NCBI RefSeq assembly: GCF_036279675.1
Contig: NZ_DASUIS010000150.1
Span: forward strand, 1,877 to 65,876
DNA from: Aquabacterium sp.
GTDB lineage: Bacteria > Pseudomonadota > Gammaproteobacteria > Burkholderiales > Burkholderiaceae_C
Length of the DNA stretch: 64,000 nt
Direction of reading: 5' to 3'
Of this stretch, positions 28,303 to 37,735 are shown in pieces. Position 1 is the stretch's first letter, and the number at the start of each line of letters is the position of its first letter. The position numbers and the translations under genes were made by a program. The notes below the pieces were generated by a model. It saw only the letters and a program-made list of their open reading frames with translations, was not told where the DNA came from and ran no database searches.

Positions 28303-28935
28303 TCAGAACCAGCTTTGGGGCACGATGATGATGTCGCCCGGCTTGATTTCGATATTGGCACTGATGTCGCCACGTTTGAGCAAATCTTTAAGGCGAATGC
28401 TGTATTGCTTGCCTTTTTCGGAGCCGCGCACCAGAACGGCGCCATTGCCATCCGCATAATCGGTCAGGCCGCCAGCCTGGATCATCACGTCCAGCAAGGT
28501 CATGTTCTGGCGGAAGGGGACGGCCTGGGGTTTGGTCGCTTCACCGACGATGCGAATCTGTTCGGTCGAAATGCCCTGGAAGTTGTTCACGATGACGGTG
28601 ACCACCGGTTCGCGGATGTACTTCACGAGGGCAGCTTCGATCTCGCGTGACAGATCCGCAGGCTGCTTGCCGGCTGCCATGATGTTTTCAACCAGGGGCA
28701 GGGAAATGCGGCCGTCGGGGCGAACTGTGATGTTGGCAGACAGATCGGGGTTGCGCCAGACCACCACGCTCAAGGTGTCCATGGCGCCGATCTTGTAGAG
28801 CTGATCAGGTGTGTCGGCATGGGTTGGCGCCGGGGGGTAGCTGCTGAAGCTGCCGCAAGCGCTCAGGCCCAGGGCAACGGCCGCGGCCATGGCCAGGCGG
28901 GCCAACGACAAAGGAGAAGAACTGGTCAATCGCAT
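28303..28935 (-). CDS. polysaccharide export lipoprotein (Wza/Poly_export-like)
   Basis: ATG 28935 is preceded by GAGGG. Signal and lipobox are AAAVALGLSAC. The core reads YKIGAMDTLSVVVWRNPDLSANITVRPDGRISLPLVENIMAAGKQPADLSREIE. Confidence 0.9.
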   Translation of the reverse strand: MRLTSSSPLSLARLAMAAAVALGLSACGSFSSYPPAPTHADTPDQLYKIGAMDTLSVVVWRNPDLSANITVRPDGRISLPLVENIMAAGKQPADLSREIEAALVKYIREPVVTVIVNNFQGISTEQIRIVGEATKPQAVPFRQNMTLLDVMIQAGGLTDYADGNGAVLVRGSEKGKQYSIRLKDLLKRGDISANIEIKPGDIIIVPQSWF

Positions 28936-29057
28936 ACGCAACCCTCGAAAGTCTATACAGCGTTACCTCGCCGCGAACCGCAGGCACGGCGGAAATCATT
29001 CAAGCATAACAGGAGCACACCTTCAACAGGTGCATAACTTGCAGCTCGACTGCAATC

Positions 29058-30155
29058 TCACCCCTTACTGGGGGTGAGTTGCGAAAAAGTGTCAAGCGTC
29101 CTGTTCAATACACGTTTGAGGACGGGGGCGGCCTTTTGCTCGATCAGATTATGAATGAGCCAGGCGCCCGCGAGCATCAGGGCGATCGTTCCCCAGAATA
29201 TCAGGTGAATATTCAGGTGCCCGTGTGCGTGGTTGAAAATGATATAACCAATATTCTGGTGCAGCAGGTAGAGCGGGTAGGTCAGCGCGCCGGCCGTTAT
29301 CCAGCGCATCCCGGCCAGTGCGCCAGTTTTTCGCAAGGCAACCAGCAGCAAGATGGCGTAGAAGCTGGTCACCAGCAGGCCGGTGATCACGGGGTCCATT
29401 TCCGTGTGGTAGTAATGCCCGAATTCAGCCAGGCCCTTGATGGATTGAATGATCCCCAATATCAGGCTGCACAGAATCATCAGCGCACGCTGAATTGACA
29501 AACCCTTGGACCAGACCAGATATATGGTCGCGCCGCCAATAAAGAAGGTGGCGTAGTCTGAAATCAGCAGAAAGCGCAGTTTGCCAATCGGATGCCATTC
29601 CAGCGCGATCGTGGCCACCAGCCACGCGATCAGAAAAAACTCCGCGCGGTGAATCTGGCGAATCATCAGCAATATGGTGATGAGCACATAAAACCGGATT
29701 TCCAGCGACAGTGACCAGTACACACCGTCAATGGCCGGCGTATGCAGGTAATCGCTGATCATGGTCATGTTGATCAGGTATTGCTTGAAGCTGGCAGCGT
29801 AGGTTGGACCGCCCCAGGCGATGCAGACCAGATAGGTGATGGTGCAAGCCGCCCAGAAGGCGGGATACAGCCGGATCACCCGGGAAACAATGAAACCTCG
29901 GACGCTGCCGCCGGCTGCTGACATGAGGATCACAAAACCGCTGATCAGGAAAAAGAGCTGAACCCCCAGAAAACCGTACTTGAAAACAGGTGCAAGCCAG
30001 GGGTAATTCATGGCGGCCATGTTGTCGGCGGCCATGCCTCGAAAGGCGTAATGAAACAGCAGCACCAGCATGGATGCCACAAATCTCAGCAGGTCAATTT
30101 CGTTGACGCGGCCTGGAGGGCGCTTGTCGGTGGGGCTGTGGGGGGTGTCGCTCAT
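29058..30155 (-). CDS. acyltransferase family 3 (AT3) membrane O-acyltransferase
   Basis: NEIDLLRFVASMLVLLFHYAFRG is followed by about 10 TM segments. GC is noticeably lower than the surroundings (~50% by hand count in 29641-29700). Confidence 0.85.
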   Translation of the reverse strand: MSDTPHSPTDKRPPGRVNEIDLLRFVASMLVLLFHYAFRGMAADNMAAMNYPWLAPVFKYGFLGVQLFFLISGFVILMSAAGGSVRGFIVSRVIRLYPAFWAACTITYLVCIAWGGPTYAASFKQYLINMTMISDYLHTPAIDGVYWSLSLEIRFYVLITILLMIRQIHRAEFFLIAWLVATIALEWHPIGKLRFLLISDYATFFIGGATIYLVWSKGLSIQRALMILCSLILGIIQSIKGLAEFGHYYHTEMDPVITGLLVTSFYAILLLVALRKTGALAGMRWITAGALTYPLYLLHQNIGYIIFNHAHGHLNIHLIFWGTIALMLAGAWLIHNLIEQKAAPVLKRVLNRTLDTFSQLTPSKG

Positions 30156-30307
30156 GTCGGGCGGCATCCTACCTGCGTCAAGGTGGCGCTTCAATCCATG
30201 ATTTGGGGGTGCCGCGTTATTGTTCCTGGCGTGTGGGCCTTCAGGGCACAATGTCGGCGCCGCATAAGGCTTGTTGTGTGATTGAAGTGAACGGAATCCG
30301 GGGAAAG

Positions 30308-31402
30308 ATGACGGCCAAGAATCTCAAAGTCGCCTTGATGGGGCCTGATATTGACCACCGCCGCAGCCTGGAGGCCATGCTCGGCGCGCAGGTGAAATCA
30401 CTTTCCTGGATGCCGGACTCGCTCAGCCTGTCCCAAGGCAAGGCGCTGAGCCTGTTCGGGCGTGTCAGGCGAGCCGTGGATCAGCTGACCTATACCCGTG
30501 ACACCCGTTTTCTGGTGCCGGCCTGCCAGCATCTGGATGAGGGTGGCGCCGACGTGGTGGTGGCCTACTGGGGCACCAACCCGCTGTCGGACATCGTGGC
30601 CCTCAAGCGCAAGCGGCCCAAGGTCAAGATCGTGCTGATGGTGCTGTGCTACCCGCTGGCGCTCAACGACGCTGGCGTATCCAGGCAGCATTGGATGATG
30701 CGGCATGCTGCCAGATGGCTGGATGGCATCCTTTATGCCAATCCGCAGATGGCGCACTTCTTCGAGACGCAGGTTTTCAAGGCGGGCGGCCCGCGGCCAA
30801 CGTCTACCGTGCTGTCGCCCTGCTGGCCAGCCTCGTACCAGCCAGGGGCGCGGCCAGCGCCCGCGGCAGACCTTCCCAACATCATTTTTGCGGGTCGCAC
30901 GGACCTGTCGCACCATACGGTGCATGCGGCCGACGACCTGCGCCCCCTGATGCGCGAGATCCTGGATGCCGGGATCGAGTTGCACCATGGCCGCTCGCCC
31001 GAGACCAGTGATGGCCACCCCTTGCGAAAGCCGTTCGATCCGCTGTCTCAGGCTCAGCTAATTGCGAGGATGGCGGCGCACGACGCCAGCCTCATCGCCT
31101 ACAACACGGACGTCTGCCAGCGTGCCGAGCGTTTTGACCTGACGGTGCCTGATCGCCTGATCACCAGCGTGGCGGCAGGCGTGCCCATCGCCGTCCCCTC
31201 CAGGGGCTATACCGGCCCGAAGTCCTACCTCAAGCGCTACCCGGCCGTGTTCGAGTTCGATTCGCCGGCTCACCTGATGAAGCAGTTGCAGGATCGGGGG
31301 CGCGTTCAGGAGGCGCGTGACGCGGCCTGGGAGGCGCGGGCGCTTTACACGGCCGAGATGCAGGGTGAGGGCCTGGCCAGTTTCCTGGCATCCCTGCTCT
31401 GA
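30308..31402 (+). CDS. hypothetical protein, possibly a divergent GT-B fold glycosyltransferase
   Basis: 364 aa from ATG 30308 (RBS GGGGAAAG). It has a two-lobe Rossmann-like pattern (KVALMGPD.., VVVAYWG.., then NIIFAGRTD.., ITSVAAGVPIAVPS) but no canonical EX7E motif. It is the only plus-strand gene between two minus-strand genes. Confidence 0.5.
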   Translation: MTAKNLKVALMGPDIDHRRSLEAMLGAQVKSLSWMPDSLSLSQGKALSLFGRVRRAVDQLTYTRDTRFLVPACQHLDEGGADVVVAYWGTNPLSDIVALKRKRPKVKIVLMVLCYPLALNDAGVSRQHWMMRHAARWLDGILYANPQMAHFFETQVFKAGGPRPTSTVLSPCWPASYQPGARPAPAADLPNIIFAGRTDLSHHTVHAADDLRPLMREILDAGIELHHGRSPETSDGHPLRKPFDPLSQAQLIARMAAHDASLIAYNTDVCQRAERFDLTVPDRLITSVAAGVPIAVPSRGYTGPKSYLKRYPAVFEFDSPAHLMKQLQDRGRVQEARDAAWEARALYTAEMQGEGLASFLASLL

Positions 31403-32959
31403 TCAGGTCGGCTCGGCTGGCAGCCTGGCCAGCCACTTGCGCACATAGGGTGCCAGCCACCCCAATTGCCGAGGCTTGCGCTCCGCCAGTGACAGCAGCA
31501 TGCGGGCGTCCTTCTGGTGCCACCCACCCACCATCACGCTGGCGGCCATGAATGCCGCGATGTAGATGAAGCCGGCGGCGAACTGGGTCAGGGCTGTGTT
31601 CGACCACCACAGCAGAGGCGCCGTGGCGAGCAGACCCAGCAGGCCGGAGATCAGCAGGCCGCGCAGTTCGCGCCAGGGCAGGGTGACATCGAGTTTGCGC
31701 ACGATGGTGGTTGTGATCACCACCATCACGACGATGCGCGAAATGGCATTGGCCCACACGGCGCCCATCAGGCCGTACATGGGTACCAGCGTGACGGCAC
31801 AGAACACGCTGATGCCCACGGAGAACAAGGCTACAAAGGCGCGCAGGCGCTGGTTGTCCGTGGTGGTCAGCAAGGCGCCAAAGGCGCTCTCGGCCAGTGT
31901 CAGGCCCCCCACCACGACCATGATGCGCAGCACGTTGACCACAGGCTCGTACTTGTCGCCATACATCAGGGCGATGCCGAAGGCGGCCCACAGCAGGCCG
32001 ATGCCCGCCAGGATCAGGCCCAGGAACACGCAATAACGAATCGCATCCGACAGGATGGTGTTGACCTGCTTCATGCCGCCAGCGCCGTAGGCATGCGCCA
32101 GCATGGGCATCAGCAGCGAGGTCAGGCTGGAGGACACCAGCTCCACCCCGCCACGCGTGAGGTTGGTGGCAATCGCGAAGAAGCCCACCTCGGCCGGGCC
32201 GATCAGGGAGTTGAGCAGGAAGGTTTCGATGGTCTTGTTGCTCAGCGTGGCCACGGCCACCTGCACGATCGTCCACCACAGGTGGGGCTTGATGCGGTCG
32301 ATCAGCTCGGGCGAACAAGGCTCGTTGCCCGCGTGGATGCCGTCGCGCTTGAGCATGGGCGCCACCACAAAGACGTGACCGACGCTGATCACCGTGAAAA
32401 ACAGCAGGTACCAGCTCAGCGGTGACTTGCTCGCCATCAGCACGGCCACACCGATGGTGTAGAGCACGCTCATGATCATCGTGGACCAGGCTTCGACATG
32501 GAAGCGCCCGTGTCCCTTGGCCATCGAGACGTCGAACTGGAAGATGGCCTTGGCGACAAAGCTCACCGCCACCACGCCGATGAGCAGGCCCTGGTGGCCC
32601 TCCCAGCCGGCGGGCTGGATGAAGGGCAGGGCGATCAGAAAGACGACACACACCGCGGCCAGGCTGAACCATTGGCGTTTGCGCAGCCAGCCGTGCACAT
32701 TGGCTGCCTCGTCAGGGCGCTCCCGCCCCAGGCATTCCGAGATGAAGCGGATGCCGGATACCCCCAAGCCGTTGTTGCCGATGATGATCAGCAGGCTGGA
32801 GAGCCACAGCACGTACACATAGCGCCCGTAGTCCTGTGGCCCCAGTCCGCGGGCAATCAGCGCACTGACCACCAGGCCGAGCGCCACGGTCACGTAGGTG
32901 GACGCGGCCATCAGTGCTCCGGCTTTGAATGCAGCGACTCGACTGAAAGGCCTGTTCAT
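31403..32959 (-). CDS. Wzx-type oligosaccharide/polysaccharide flippase (MOP superfamily)
   Basis: About 518 aa from ATG 32959 (MNRPFSRVAAFKAG..); the track start at 32980 is TTG. It has 12-14 hydrophobic segments and LIARGLGPQDYGRY, typical of Wzx/RfbX. Confidence 0.8.
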   Translation of the reverse strand: MNRPFSRVAAFKAGALMAASTYVTVALGLVVSALIARGLGPQDYGRYVYVLWLSSLLIIIGNNGLGVSGIRFISECLGRERPDEAANVHGWLRKRQWFSLAAVCVVFLIALPFIQPAGWEGHQGLLIGVVAVSFVAKAIFQFDVSMAKGHGRFHVEAWSTMIMSVLYTIGVAVLMASKSPLSWYLLFFTVISVGHVFVVAPMLKRDGIHAGNEPCSPELIDRIKPHLWWTIVQVAVATLSNKTIETFLLNSLIGPAEVGFFAIATNLTRGGVELVSSSLTSLLMPMLAHAYGAGGMKQVNTILSDAIRYCVFLGLILAGIGLLWAAFGIALMYGDKYEPVVNVLRIMVVVGGLTLAESAFGALLTTTDNQRLRAFVALFSVGISVFCAVTLVPMYGLMGAVWANAISRIVVMVVITTTIVRKLDVTLPWRELRGLLISGLLGLLATAPLLWWSNTALTQFAAGFIYIAAFMAASVMVGGWHQKDARMLLSLAERKPRQLGWLAPYVRKWLARLPAEPT

Positions 32960-33036
32960 GGGGACGTCGTGAAATGGCAAAACGTCGATGTTAGTCGATG
33001 CGGCTGGCCACTGGCGGGTGCAGTATCCTCCTGTCC

Positions 33037-34374
33037 ATGGGGTTCGTCGTCTTCCTGATTTATTTGATGCTGATCTACATGCGGCCGATCGAGATGTTCG
33101 CGCCGCAGTTGATGGAGCTCAGGCCCATGGTGATCCTGTGGGTCATCGCCTTTGGGGCCGGGCTGGTGTCTTCCTTCAAGCACAAGGAAGAGTTTGCGGC
33201 CCGCAAACGCCACATGTGGGTCCTGTGCGGCTTCGTGTTCTGCATCTTCGTGTCCAAGCTGATGGGCAGCGGTTTTGGTGAGGCGATCGACGCCTTGTCC
33301 CAGTTCAGCTCGACGGCCTTGTTGTACGTGCTGGTCAGCATGCACGTGAACACGCTGGAGCGCCTGCGGGCAGCTTGCTACGTGATCATGTTCAGCATCT
33401 TCGTGCTGTCGATTGCGGCCATTGCTGCGTATCAAACGGGGTACATGCTGGAGCAACTGGTCTATCGCCAGCCGGTGTCCATGGACTCTGCCCTCGTTGC
33501 CAAGGATTTGCCGCCCATCCCGGCGGACGACCACTCGGGCGCCTTCATGTACCGTGTGCACAGCGTGGGGTTCTTCGATGACCCCAACGACTTTGCGCAG
33601 ATGATCGTCTCCTTGCTGCCCTGGCTGGTGTGGCTCTACAAGCCGGGCAAGTGGTTTCGCAACATCTTTGTCGTCGGCATTCCTCTGGCGGTGTTCGGCA
33701 CGACGATCTTCCTCACGCACTCCCGGGGTTCCCTGCTGGGGATTGCCTCGATGCTGTTCTTCGGTGTGCGCAAGGCTTTGGGGCCCGTCAAGACCGTCAT
33801 GTTGATCGGTCTGATGGCAGGGGGGGCTGCCGCCAGCGGTTTTCTGGGGGGTCGCAGCCTGTCCACCAAGGAGGAGTCTGCTGAAGGGCGGATCGAGGCC
33901 TGGGTGGAAGGGTTCAACATGCTCAGGTCCTCTCCCTTGTTTGGCGTGGGTTACCTCAACTTCACCAATTTCAACTGGCTGACGGCCCACAACGCCTTTG
34001 TGTTGTGTTTTGCCGAACTGGGCGTGATCGGCTTTTTCTTCTGGATTGCTTCCATCGTGCTCGCCTTTCAGGCGGCCAACCAGGTGGCGGAAAATGCGCC
34101 GGAGGGCAGCGAGATCCGGCAGATGGGGGTGCTCATGCGCGGCTCGCTGGTCGGCTTCATGACCTGCTCCTGGTTCCTGTCCCGCACCTACCAGCCCACG
34201 CTGTACGTGTTGCTGGCTTTGTGTGTGGCTTCCTGGCACATCGCGACCAAGTCCAAGGAGGCGGGTGGGGTGGAGGCCGTCACCAAGGACGCCCCTTGGG
34301 TGCTGACCACCATCAAGATGATGGTGATCGCCATGTCGGCGGTGCAGGCTTTCATCTTCGTGAATCGCCACTGA
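33037..34374 (+). CDS. O-antigen ligase/polymerase family protein (Wzy_C domain)
   Basis: Polytopic. THSRGSLLGIASMLFFG..GRIEAW..SPLFGVGYLNF..AHNAFVLCFAELGVIGFFFW is the Wzy_C signature. Confidence 0.8.
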   Translation: MGFVVFLIYLMLIYMRPIEMFAPQLMELRPMVILWVIAFGAGLVSSFKHKEEFAARKRHMWVLCGFVFCIFVSKLMGSGFGEAIDALSQFSSTALLYVLVSMHVNTLERLRAACYVIMFSIFVLSIAAIAAYQTGYMLEQLVYRQPVSMDSALVAKDLPPIPADDHSGAFMYRVHSVGFFDDPNDFAQMIVSLLPWLVWLYKPGKWFRNIFVVGIPLAVFGTTIFLTHSRGSLLGIASMLFFGVRKALGPVKTVMLIGLMAGGAAASGFLGGRSLSTKEESAEGRIEAWVEGFNMLRSSPLFGVGYLNFTNFNWLTAHNAFVLCFAELGVIGFFFWIASIVLAFQAANQVAENAPEGSEIRQMGVLMRGSLVGFMTCSWFLSRTYQPTLYVLLALCVASWHIATKSKEAGGVEAVTKDAPWVLTTIKMMVIAMSAVQAFIFVNRH

Positions 34375-34488
34375 TCCGGGTGTAGCGAGGGGGTTGGACC
34401 CCATGCTAGACTGAAACGTTACAGTTTTGCACGTTGAAAAATGCCACACGCCAGGCGCTGACGTGGGCAACCTTGACCCACCGGAAAC

Positions 34489-35688
34489 ATGATGATGGCC
34501 CTTGTGATTGTTGGGGTGGCAGTGATGGCTGCGCTGGCTGTGCTGTACCGGGAGGTGCAGAGCAAGAACCTGTTGATCTGGTTCGGCAGCTACTTGCGTC
34601 AGGACTGGCGAGCCAGGCCGCAGCCGGGCGTGACGCGCCATCTGATGTTCTGTTTCGTGGATCACTACGAGCCGCGCTGGAAATCGCCCACCTACGAGGT
34701 GGAGTGCCAGCGTGTGGCGCGTTGGCGCCAGGACTACCCCAAGCTGTGCGAGGGCCTGAAGGACGCGGATGGCCGCCCACCCGTGCATGGCTTCTTCTAT
34801 CCGGAAGAAGAGTACCGTCCCGAGCACCTGGATGCGCTGGTCGAGTTGTGCCGCATGGGCCTGGGTGAGATCGATATCCACCTGCATCATGACAATGACA
34901 CCGATGAAGGCCTGCGCGAAAAGCTGCGCAGTTTCACCAGGACGCTGATCGAGCGTCACGATGCGCTGCCTGTCGACCCTGCAACGGGCAAGGCGCAGTG
35001 GTCGTTCATCCATGGCAACTGGTGCCTGGACAACTCGCGTCCTGATGGCCGTTACTGCGGTGTCAACAATGAACTGATCGTGTTGCGTGAAGAGGGCTGC
35101 TACGCCGACTTCACCTTGCCTGCAGCCCCCGATGGCTCGCAGACCAGCACCATCAACAGCATCTACTACGCCAAGGATGATCCTTGCTGCCCCAAGTCGC
35201 ACGACACCGGCAAGCGCGTGAAGGTGGGTGGGCAGACCTGGGGTGATCTGATGATCATTCAGGGGCCTCTGGGCTTCCTGATGAACAACCGCAAGTTCGG
35301 CATCCTGCCGCGCATCGAAAACGCCGATATCCGCGCCAGCAGCCCGCCCACACGTGATCGCATCGACACCTGGGTTGAGACGGGTGTGCATGTGGAAGGC
35401 CGGCCCGAGTGGGTGTTCGTCAAGATCCACACGCATGGCACGCAAGAGCGCGACATGGATGTGCTGCTGGGCAAGCCCATGCGAGAGGCCTACGAATACC
35501 TGCAGACGCGCTACAACGATGGCAAGGACTGGAAGCTGCACTACGTCAGTGCGCGCGAGACCTACAACATCATCAAGGCGGCCGAAGCAGGCAAGGTTGG
35601 TGATCCCAACGACTATCGGGACTTCATCATCCAGCGTCCGGCCTTCCGCGCTGGTGCCCATGCTGGTGTGAATGCCGGCGCAAACTGA
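34489..35688 (+). CDS. conserved hypothetical, N-terminally anchored His/Asp-rich protein (possible metal-dependent polysaccharide deacetylase/hydrolase fold)
   Basis: 399 aa with one N-terminal TM (MMMALVIVGVAVMAALAVL). Motifs: FCFVDHYEP, DIHLHHDND, FIHGNWCLDN, FVKIHTHG. No family name is recalled with confidence. Confidence 0.6.
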   Translation: MMMALVIVGVAVMAALAVLYREVQSKNLLIWFGSYLRQDWRARPQPGVTRHLMFCFVDHYEPRWKSPTYEVECQRVARWRQDYPKLCEGLKDADGRPPVHGFFYPEEEYRPEHLDALVELCRMGLGEIDIHLHHDNDTDEGLREKLRSFTRTLIERHDALPVDPATGKAQWSFIHGNWCLDNSRPDGRYCGVNNELIVLREEGCYADFTLPAAPDGSQTSTINSIYYAKDDPCCPKSHDTGKRVKVGGQTWGDLMIIQGPLGFLMNNRKFGILPRIENADIRASSPPTRDRIDTWVETGVHVEGRPEWVFVKIHTHGTQERDMDVLLGKPMREAYEYLQTRYNDGKDWKLHYVSARETYNIIKAAEAGKVGDPNDYRDFIIQRPAFRAGAHAGVNAGAN

Positions 35689-35775
35689 TTGAACGACCTC
35701 CGTCAGGTCTCTCGGGAGGGGCTTGGTGGCGTTGGCCGAGTGTGAGGCTCGGCCACTGATACAAGCCTTGAGAAG

Positions 35776-37713
35776 ATGGACTACAGAAAAGAGATCGATG
35801 GCCTGCGGGCCCTGGCCGTCCTGCCTGTCATCCTCTTTCACGCCGGCTTCCAGGCGTTCAGTGGCGGCTTTGTCGGTGTAGACGTCTTCTTCGTGATCAG
35901 CGGTTATCTGATCACCTCGATCATCCTGGCCGAGCATCGGGAGGGCACTTACTCCCTGGTCAACTTCTATGAGCGCCGGGCTCGGCGGATCCTGCCCGCC
36001 TTGTTCGTGGTGATGGCGGCCTGCCTGCCCGTTGCCTGGTTCTGGTTGCTGCCGGAGGACATGAAGAACTTCTCCGAGAGCCTGGTGGCCACCTCGTTCT
36101 TCTCGTCCAACATTCTTTTCTGGAAGACCAGCAATTACTTCAGCTCGTCGGCGGAACTCAAGCCCTTGCTCCATACCTGGAGCCTGGCCGTTGAAGAGCA
36201 GTACTACGTGTTCTTCCCGATCTTTCTGGCTCTGACCTGGCGCTGGGGTGTGCGCTGGCTGTCGGTGATGCTGGCGGTGGCGGCGGGCGTCAGCCTGTAC
36301 CTGGCGCATACGCAGGTGCCGGTCGATCCTTCTCGTGCTTTCTACCTGCTGCCCACGCGTTGCTGGGAGCTGTTCATCGGTGCGCTGATCGGTATCTGGC
36401 TGTCTGGTGATCGCAAGCCGGTCTTCAGTGCCTGGCTTGCCGAGGCGGGCAGTGCATTGGGCTTGGCGATGCTGGTCTCGGCCATTTTCCTGTTTGACAA
36501 GCGCACGCCGTCGCCGAGTCTGTACACGCTGGTGCCCACCTTGGGTACCGCGCTGATCATCCTGTTTGCTTCCGGGCAGACCCTGGTGGGGCGCTTTGTT
36601 GGCAACCGGGCTTTCGTGTTCGTTGGTTTGCTCAGCTACAGCGCCTACCTGTGGCATCAACCATTGTTTGCCTTTGCACGTCAGCGCAGCCTGGGTGTCG
36701 AGCCGGGCGCAGAGGTCTTCGCGGCGCTGTCACTGGCGTCTGTCTTGCTGGCCTATGTGAGCTGGAAGTACGTCGAGGCGCCCTTCAGAAACCGGCGCCG
36801 ATTCGGTCGGCAACAGATCTTCCTCTTGTCGGCGATAGGCAGTGCCATGTTCGTGACCGTGGGCCTGATCGGGCACTTCAACAAGGGTTATCCGGCCAGA
36901 ATGCCTGCGTCGCTCACGATGAAGGACATCGATCTGCCGAAGTCCGATAACGGCTGGTGCTTCTACAGCATTGATTCCAACAGCGAGCTGAGCCAAGGTG
37001 CACAGGGCCTTGAGTGCTGGTTGGGCGACAAGACCGCTGGGCGCAAGGGCGTGCTGTTTGGCGACTCGTTTGCGGGGCAGTACGAGCCCTTGTGGGATGC
37101 CGTGGGCAAGCAGGCGGGCTTGGCGATTCACGCCGTCACCACGAACTGGTGCTATCCGGCTGCCGGTGAGGGCTACACGGGTACGCTGGCCAGCCGGGCC
37201 TACAGGCAGTGCCTGTTCAATCGGCAGTACCTCCAGAGCCATCTGGCCGAGTACGACTTCGCTGTCTTCTCGGGTGACTGGGGTGATGTGCTGGCGCAGG
37301 GCAAGTTCGATGAAGTGCAGGCGCTGGTGCGTCAGGCTGCCACCAAGGTGCGTGTGGTCGTCCTGATGAGCAGTCCCAAGCAGTTTGGCGCCAACGTGAT
37401 GGTGGTCTACAAGAAGAGCCTGCTCCACAAGGCCGATTTCGATCTCTCGCGTATTCCCACCACGGTCGACAAGGAGGCGTCCAGTGCCAACGCCAGATTG
37501 CAGGCCCTGGCGCAGCAACTGCCCAATGCGGTGTTCGTGGACCGCGCCTCCATGTTCCAGCTCGATGGTCAGCCGTCCGACTTGACCGCCAACGGTGTGC
37601 CTTACAGCTGGGACGGCGCCCACATCAGCATCTACGGCGCCAGGACAGCCGCGCCGAACTTCATGAATTCCCGCGTGTATCAGGACTTCCTGTCGAAGCT
37701 GGCTTCACACTGA
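35776..37713 (+). CDS. AT3 O-acyltransferase fused to a C-terminal SGNH domain (OafA/YrhL type)
   Basis: 645 aa. EIDGLRALAVLPVILFHAGF..VDVFFVISGYLIT is followed by about 10 TM segments and a ~270-aa extracytoplasmic domain (VLFGDSFAGQ..). Confidence 0.9.
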   Translation: MDYRKEIDGLRALAVLPVILFHAGFQAFSGGFVGVDVFFVISGYLITSIILAEHREGTYSLVNFYERRARRILPALFVVMAACLPVAWFWLLPEDMKNFSESLVATSFFSSNILFWKTSNYFSSSAELKPLLHTWSLAVEEQYYVFFPIFLALTWRWGVRWLSVMLAVAAGVSLYLAHTQVPVDPSRAFYLLPTRCWELFIGALIGIWLSGDRKPVFSAWLAEAGSALGLAMLVSAIFLFDKRTPSPSLYTLVPTLGTALIILFASGQTLVGRFVGNRAFVFVGLLSYSAYLWHQPLFAFARQRSLGVEPGAEVFAALSLASVLLAYVSWKYVEAPFRNRRRFGRQQIFLLSAIGSAMFVTVGLIGHFNKGYPARMPASLTMKDIDLPKSDNGWCFYSIDSNSELSQGAQGLECWLGDKTAGRKGVLFGDSFAGQYEPLWDAVGKQAGLAIHAVTTNWCYPAAGEGYTGTLASRAYRQCLFNRQYLQSHLAEYDFAVFSGDWGDVLAQGKFDEVQALVRQAATKVRVVVLMSSPKQFGANVMVVYKKSLLHKADFDLSRIPTTVDKEASSANARLQALAQQLPNAVFVDRASMFQLDGQPSDLTANGVPYSWDGAHISIYGARTAAPNFMNSRVYQDFLSKLASH

Positions 37714-37735
37714 GGTCCTGATGCTGGCAGGCTGC

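Noticed and set aside
28936-29057. Search for a sigma54 promoter, a JUMPstart/ops (GGCGGTAG) element or a riboswitch upstream of the EPS export operon; the palindrome TTGCAG-N5-CTGCAA was noted at 29039-29055
   Set aside because: There is no GG-N10-GC match better than chance and no ops sequence. The 6-bp-arm palindrome lies 3 nt after the AT3 stop, so it is as likely a weak terminator as an operator. The evidence is too thin to call.
31400-31405. Back-to-back stop codons forming the palindrome TGATCA between convergent genes, seen here and again at 61112-61117 (ispF/envZ)
   Set aside because: This is probably a coincidence of TGA stops on both strands in a compact genome. No extended conserved context surrounds the hexamer.
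31230-32672. 480-aa minus-strand ORF overlapping wzx in another frame
   Set aside because: Its Arg/Gly/Pro/His-rich sequence lacks hydrophobic segments. The co-located 31403-32959 frame gives a coherent 12-14 TM flippase.
32956-36660. 1234-aa minus-strand ORF, the longest in the track, spanning the Wzy-like, unknown and OafA-like genes
   Set aside because: Its composition is extreme (Arg/Gly/His/Pro/Gln-rich) with no TM or domain pattern. It runs antisense through three well-supported plus-strand genes and their intergenic gaps. This is a typical stop-poor shadow frame of high-GC DNA.
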